DNA of 30,461 bases from Candidatus Sericytochromatia bacterium (lineage in GTDB: Bacteria > Cyanobacteriota > Sericytochromatia > S15B-MN24 > JAQBPE01), in assembly GCA_035285125.1 (NCBI GenBank), contig JAYKHR010000027.1:1-30461 (forward strand). Reading direction: 5' to 3'. Below are positions 26,765-30,461 of this stretch, piece after piece. The translations under genes were made by a program, and so were the position numbers. Below the pieces are notes generated by a model that saw only the letters and a program-made list of their open reading frames with translations, was not told the DNA's origin and searched no databases. Position 1 is the first letter of the stretch, and every line of letters begins with the position of its first letter.

Positions 26765-27948
26765 CAGCCGGCTCTCCCCTGCACGGCCGCGACCACGTGC
26801 TGCTGCTCGGCCTCGGTCATCCCGTGGAACAGCGGCAGCGAGATGCTGCAGTGGTTGGCCGCGTACGCGCCCGGGAAGGCCTCGGGCCGCAGCCCGTACT
26901 TCTCGCGGTAGAACGTCAGCATGTGCACGGCGTGGGTGGCTGGCCGGGTCGAGATGCCCTGGCGCTGGAGCTCCTCCATCCAGGCGTTGCGGGCCTCGTT
27001 CACGGCCTCGATGCGGCCCGCCGCCACGCCCTCGGGGTCGAACATGCAAGGGTAGCTCTGGTAGCCGTGCTCGCAGCCCGCCGACACCGTGGGGGTCCGC
27101 AGCCACCCCAGCCCCGCAAAGGCCGCGTCGTAGACGGCAGCCAGCCGCTGGCGCTCCGCCACGATCGCCTCGGCCCGCTGCATCTGGGCCACGCCGAGGG
27201 CCGCCTGCAGGTCCGTCATGCGCTGGTTGTAGCCCGCCTCCGGGTGGTCGGCGAGCAGGTAGGGGCGCGGCCCGAGGTGCCGCTGCAGGTCGCTCATGGC
27301 GGCGCCGTGGTCCCGCAGCTGCCGCAGCTTCTCAGCCAAAGCGTCGTCGGTCGTGGTGATCATCCCGCCCTCGCCGGTGGTGATGGCCTTGCGCGGGTGG
27401 AAGCTGAAGGACCCCGTGTCGCCCAGCGTCCCCACATGGCGGCCGTGCAGGCGAGCGCCGAAGCCGCAGGCGGCGTCCTCCACCACCCACAGGCCGTGGC
27501 GGCGGGCGAGCGGCGTGAGCTGGTCCATGTCGGCCGCGAGGCCGAACAGGTGGACGGGCAGGATGGCGCGCGTCCGAGGCGTGATGAGGGCCTCGAGCTG
27601 TGCGACGTCGAGGTTGAAGGTCACGGGGTCGATGTCGCAGAACACCACCTTGCCGCCGAGGTGCTCCACGACGTTGGCCGTCGCGATCCACGTGAACGCC
27701 GGCACGATCGCCTCGTCGCCGGAGCCGAAGCCCAGCGCCGCGAGCGACAGGTGCAGCGCCGTGGTGCAGGAGGTCACGGCGATCGCGTGGGGGGCGCCGG
27801 TGAAGGCCGCCCAGAGCCGCTCGAACTCGCGCACCTGCGGCCCTTGCACCAGCCAGCCGCTGCGCAGGGGCGCGAGCACGCTCTGGATCTCGTCCTCCGT
27901 GAGGCTCGTGCGCGCGATGGGGACCTGCAAGCCGGACGCCTGGCTCAT
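26764..27948 (-). CDS. DegT/DnrJ/EryC1/StrS PLP aminotransferase
   Basis: Start re-called at ATG 27948 (ATGA overlap). SGWLVQGP, SCTTALH, PVHLFG, EDAAC and SFHPRKAITTGEGG. Confidence 0.92.
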   Translation of the reverse strand: MSQASGLQVPIARTSLTEDEIQSVLAPLRSGWLVQGPQVREFERLWAAFTGAPHAIAVTSCTTALHLSLAALGFGSGDEAIVPAFTWIATANVVEHLGGKVVFCDIDPVTFNLDVAQLEALITPRTRAILPVHLFGLAADMDQLTPLARRHGLWVVEDAACGFGARLHGRHVGTLGDTGSFSFHPRKAITTGEGGMITTTDDALAEKLRQLRDHGAAMSDLQRHLGPRPYLLADHPEAGYNQRMTDLQAALGVAQMQRAEAIVAERQRLAAVYDAAFAGLGWLRTPTVSAGCEHGYQSYPCMFDPEGVAAGRIEAVNEARNAWMEELQRQGISTRPATHAVHMLTFYREKYGLRPEAFPGAYAANHCSISLPLFHGMTEAEQQHVVAAVQGRAG

Positions 27949-28949
27949 CGGGCCAGCCCCACGGCCAGCCGTCGGGCGGCCACCTCGGCCTTGTGGCCGG
28001 CGCGCCAGTCGATCAGGCGCTGCAGGCCCTCTCGCAGCGGGATGGCCGCTTCGAAGCCGAGCTCCACGCGGGCCTTGCGCGGGCAGCCGATGCGGTTGCG
28101 CACCAGGGTGGCCTGGCTGCGCGGCGCGTACTGGATCGGCTTCGTGCAGCCCGTGAGCACCAGCAGCAGCTCGGCAAGCTCCTTCAGGGAGGTGCGCCGC
28201 CCCGTGCCGACGTTGTAGAAGGTGTCGGTGGTGGCGGCCTTCATGGCGCACACGTTGGCCTGCCCGCAGTCCTCGACGGCGACGAAGTCGAAGGCCTCGG
28301 AGCCGTCGCCCAGGATGGTGGGCGACTCGCCGCGGTCGATGGCGTCGAGCATCTTCATGATCACGGCGATGTAGGCGCCGTGGTAGTCCTGGCGGGGGCC
28401 GTAGACGTTCATGTAGCGCAGCCCGACGTAGTCGAGGCCGTAGCGGTGGTGGAACGCCCGCAGCATCGCCTCGCCGCAGATCTTCGTGGCGCCGTAGAAG
28501 TTCTGGTTGTTGAAGGGGTGGCCCTCCGTCATGGGCTCCTCCACCGCATCGCCGTACACGGACGCCGACGACGAGTACACGAGCCGCTGCACGCCCTGCT
28601 TCACGCAGGCCTCCATCACGTTGAAGGTGCCCCGCACGTTCACGTCGAAGGCCGAGCGCGGGTACTCGTGGCACTGCAGCAGCCAGAGCGCGGCCAGGTG
28701 GAACACCCCGTCCACGCCCTTCATGGCGGCCTCGAGGATGTCCGTCTGCAGGATGTCGCCGCCCACGTCGTACACGCGGGCGCGGGGGTCTTGCAGGGCG
28801 TCCGCCAGGTTCTCCTGCCGGCCGCGGGCGAAGTTGTCGTAGACGATCACCTCGGCCACGTCCTCGCGCAGCAGGGCGTCCACCGTGTGGGAGCCGATCA
28901 GGCCCGCCCCCCCGATCACCAGCAGGCGCTTGCCCTTCAGATCCATCAT
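27945..28949 (-). CDS. NAD-dependent epimerase/dehydratase (extended SDR)
   Basis: GGAGLIG, HLAA, SSSASVYG, YGATK and RYMNVYGPRQ. Confidence 0.92.
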   Translation of the reverse strand: MMDLKGKRLLVIGGAGLIGSHTVDALLREDVAEVIVYDNFARGRQENLADALQDPRARVYDVGGDILQTDILEAAMKGVDGVFHLAALWLLQCHEYPRSAFDVNVRGTFNVMEACVKQGVQRLVYSSSASVYGDAVEEPMTEGHPFNNQNFYGATKICGEAMLRAFHHRYGLDYVGLRYMNVYGPRQDYHGAYIAVIMKMLDAIDRGESPTILGDGSEAFDFVAVEDCGQANVCAMKAATTDTFYNVGTGRRTSLKELAELLLVLTGCTKPIQYAPRSQATLVRNRIGCPRKARVELGFEAAIPLREGLQRLIDWRAGHKAEVAARRLAVGLAR

Positions 28950-30154
28950 GCGGCTCCTTTCTCATCCAGCGCGAGGCGGGCGAACGCGAACGCGCTCGTG
29001 AACGCGGGCGACACCGCGTTCAGCAGGTGGGTCGAGTGCTCGCCCCGCTCGACCACGAAGTCCATGACCAGCTCCCGCCGCGTCCGGTCGACGAGCTGGG
29101 CGCGGATGCCGACCTTGTCGCTCGGCAGCAGGTGGCGGGCCTCCAGCCGGGGCACCAGCGCGCGCGCGGCGGCGGCGAAGCGCCCCTTCAGGAAGCGGCC
29201 GCCCTCGGCGTGGGCGTAGGCCCGGAAGCCCTGCTTGCCCTCCACGTAGTGGCCCAGCAGCCGCCAGGCGATCGCCGCGGCTTCTGCGGGCCCCACGCTG
29301 GCCAGGCCCCGGTACTGCTCCCGCCCGAAGGCCGGGATGGCCGTGGGGCCGAGGTACACCTCGCCGGACACCTTGCGCGTCACGTGCACGCCCAGGAAGG
29401 GCACGTTGAGGTCCGGCACCGGGTAGACCAGGTGGTTGAACCGCAGCCCTGACCCCGGGTCGAGCTTGTAGTAGAGGCCCTTGAACGGCAACACGGCGTA
29501 GCGCGCCCCCACGCCGCAGGCCTGCGCCACCTGCTCGGCGTGGAGCCCCGCCGCGTTGAACAGGTGGCCATAGCTGAAGGCCTCCTGCCCCGCGCGGGCC
29601 GTGCGCCGGATGCTGGCCAGCTCGTGGATCGGCGCGCCCCAGTGGAAGGCCACGCCCGAGGCCTCGAGCTCGGCCACGAGCCGCTCCAGCACGGCCTGCG
29701 AGTCGATCACCGCCGTGTCGGGCGACCAGAGCGCCCGCCCCGTCGCGCTGCGGGCCTCGGGCTCCAGCGCGCGCAGCCCGGCCTCGTCGAGCAGCTCGGC
29801 CCGCGCCCCGTTGGCCTGGGCCCGCCGCAGCAGCAGGTCGAGCTGCGGGTCGTCGGCCGCCCGGGCGGGCACGATCACCTTGCCCACGCGGTCGAGCGGC
29901 AGGCCCCGCTCCTCGCAGTAGGCCCGCATCGCCCGGGCACCCTCGACGCACACCCGCGCCTTGAGCGAGCCCTCCGGGTAGTACAGGCCCGCATGCACCA
30001 CGCCGCTGTTGCGGCCGCTCTGGTGCCGGCCCGGGGCGGGCTCCTTGTCGACCACCGCCAGGCGCGCCTCGGGGTGGCGCGCCCGCAGCTCGCGTGCGAG
30101 GGCCAGCCCGAGGATGCCCGCGCCCACCACCAGAAAGTCGACGCGGTGGGTCAT
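28946..30154 (-). CDS. lhgO: L-2-hydroxyglutarate oxidase-like FAD enzyme
   Basis: GAGILG, HQSGRNSGVVHAGLYY..GSLKA, NAAGL, YPVPD...PFLGVH, GIRAQ and NAVSPAFTS. Confidence 0.85.
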   Translation of the reverse strand: MTHRVDFLVVGAGILGLALARELRARHPEARLAVVDKEPAPGRHQSGRNSGVVHAGLYYPEGSLKARVCVEGARAMRAYCEERGLPLDRVGKVIVPARAADDPQLDLLLRRAQANGARAELLDEAGLRALEPEARSATGRALWSPDTAVIDSQAVLERLVAELEASGVAFHWGAPIHELASIRRTARAGQEAFSYGHLFNAAGLHAEQVAQACGVGARYAVLPFKGLYYKLDPGSGLRFNHLVYPVPDLNVPFLGVHVTRKVSGEVYLGPTAIPAFGREQYRGLASVGPAEAAAIAWRLLGHYVEGKQGFRAYAHAEGGRFLKGRFAAAARALVPRLEARHLLPSDKVGIRAQLVDRTRRELVMDFVVERGEHSTHLLNAVSPAFTSAFAFARLALDEKGAA

Positions 30155-30461
30155 GGCTGCTGCGCCTCTCCCAGCGCGTCCCGAAGCGCCCGGGCCACGA
30201 CCTCCTGCGCGTCACGGCCCAGCTGCGGCCAGATGGGCAAGGAGAGCACCTCGCCGGCCGCGGCCTCGGCCACGGGGGCGGACGCCCCGAGGGCCTGGTA
30301 CACGGGCAGCCGGTGGACGGGCACGGGGTAGTAGACCATCGTGCCGATGCCGGCCTCGGCGAGGGCCTGCTGCACGGCGTCGCGGCGGCCCCCGGCGATG
30401 CGCACGGTGTACTGGTGGTAGACGTGGTGGGCCCAGGGGGCCTCGGCGGGCAGCGTCAGGC
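30151..30461 (-). CDS. C-terminal part of a DegT-family aminotransferase (WbpE-like); starts outside the window
   Basis: Frame is open to the window edge: LTLPAEAPWAHHVYHQYTVRI...RDAVQQALAEAGIGTMVYYPVPVH...EVLSLPIWPQL. Confidence 0.85.
   Translation of the reverse strand, partial: LTLPAEAPWAHHVYHQYTVRIAGGRRDAVQQALAEAGIGTMVYYPVPVHRLPVYQALGASAPVAEAAAGEVLSLPIWPQLGRDAQEVVARALRDALGEAQQP

Noticed and set aside
12980..28965. ORF-track N-terminal extensions suggesting fusions (12980..14572, 13786..16230, 18844..20847, 20301..21734, 24890..27106, 26764..28965)
   Set aside because: Family N-termini and stop/start overlaps place the true starts downstream. The extensions are low-complexity read-through of neighbouring genes.
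13..29219. Many long antisense or alternate-frame ORFs (e.g. 13..2082+, 2109..4163+, 14943..17186+, 24359..26572+)
   Set aside because: They are shadow ORFs of high-GC coding DNA, overlap well-supported genes and have no recognisable motifs.
1..30461. CRISPR array, tRNA/rRNA genes, IS elements or integrase
   Set aside because: I saw no regularly spaced repeats, structured RNA genes, DDE transposase, recombinase or terminal inverted repeats by eye.

Overview
GC-rich bacterial window made up mostly of surface-polysaccharide (O-antigen/LPS or capsule) biosynthesis genes in two convergent operons. The + strand unit (5595-12913) holds a WecC-like dehydrogenase, a heparinase II/III-like protein, a WbuB-like GT4, a methyltransferase and a bi-domain oxidoreductase. 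The longer - strand unit (>30461-12980) holds two DegT aminotransferases, an LhgO-like oxidase, an epimerase, an AsnB-like amidotransferase, a hypothetical protein, an LpxD-like acyltransferase, a WbuXYZ-like amidino module, Wzy-like and Wzx-like membrane proteins, three glycosyltransferases and a methyltransferase. Left of these, on the - strand, lie an AAA_14/DUF4143 ATPase 1 nt upstream of a RecD2-like helicase, an FAD oxidoreductase and the start of an Rpn-like gene. The most striking non-coding feature is a 35-bp AT-rich near-perfect palindrome abutting the ATPase ATG. It also reads as a directional leaderless sigma70 promoter. Other points of interest are a C12 tract in a glycosyltransferase and an lhgO-like gene inside a sugar pathway. 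All product calls come from motif recognition by eye; no database search was run.
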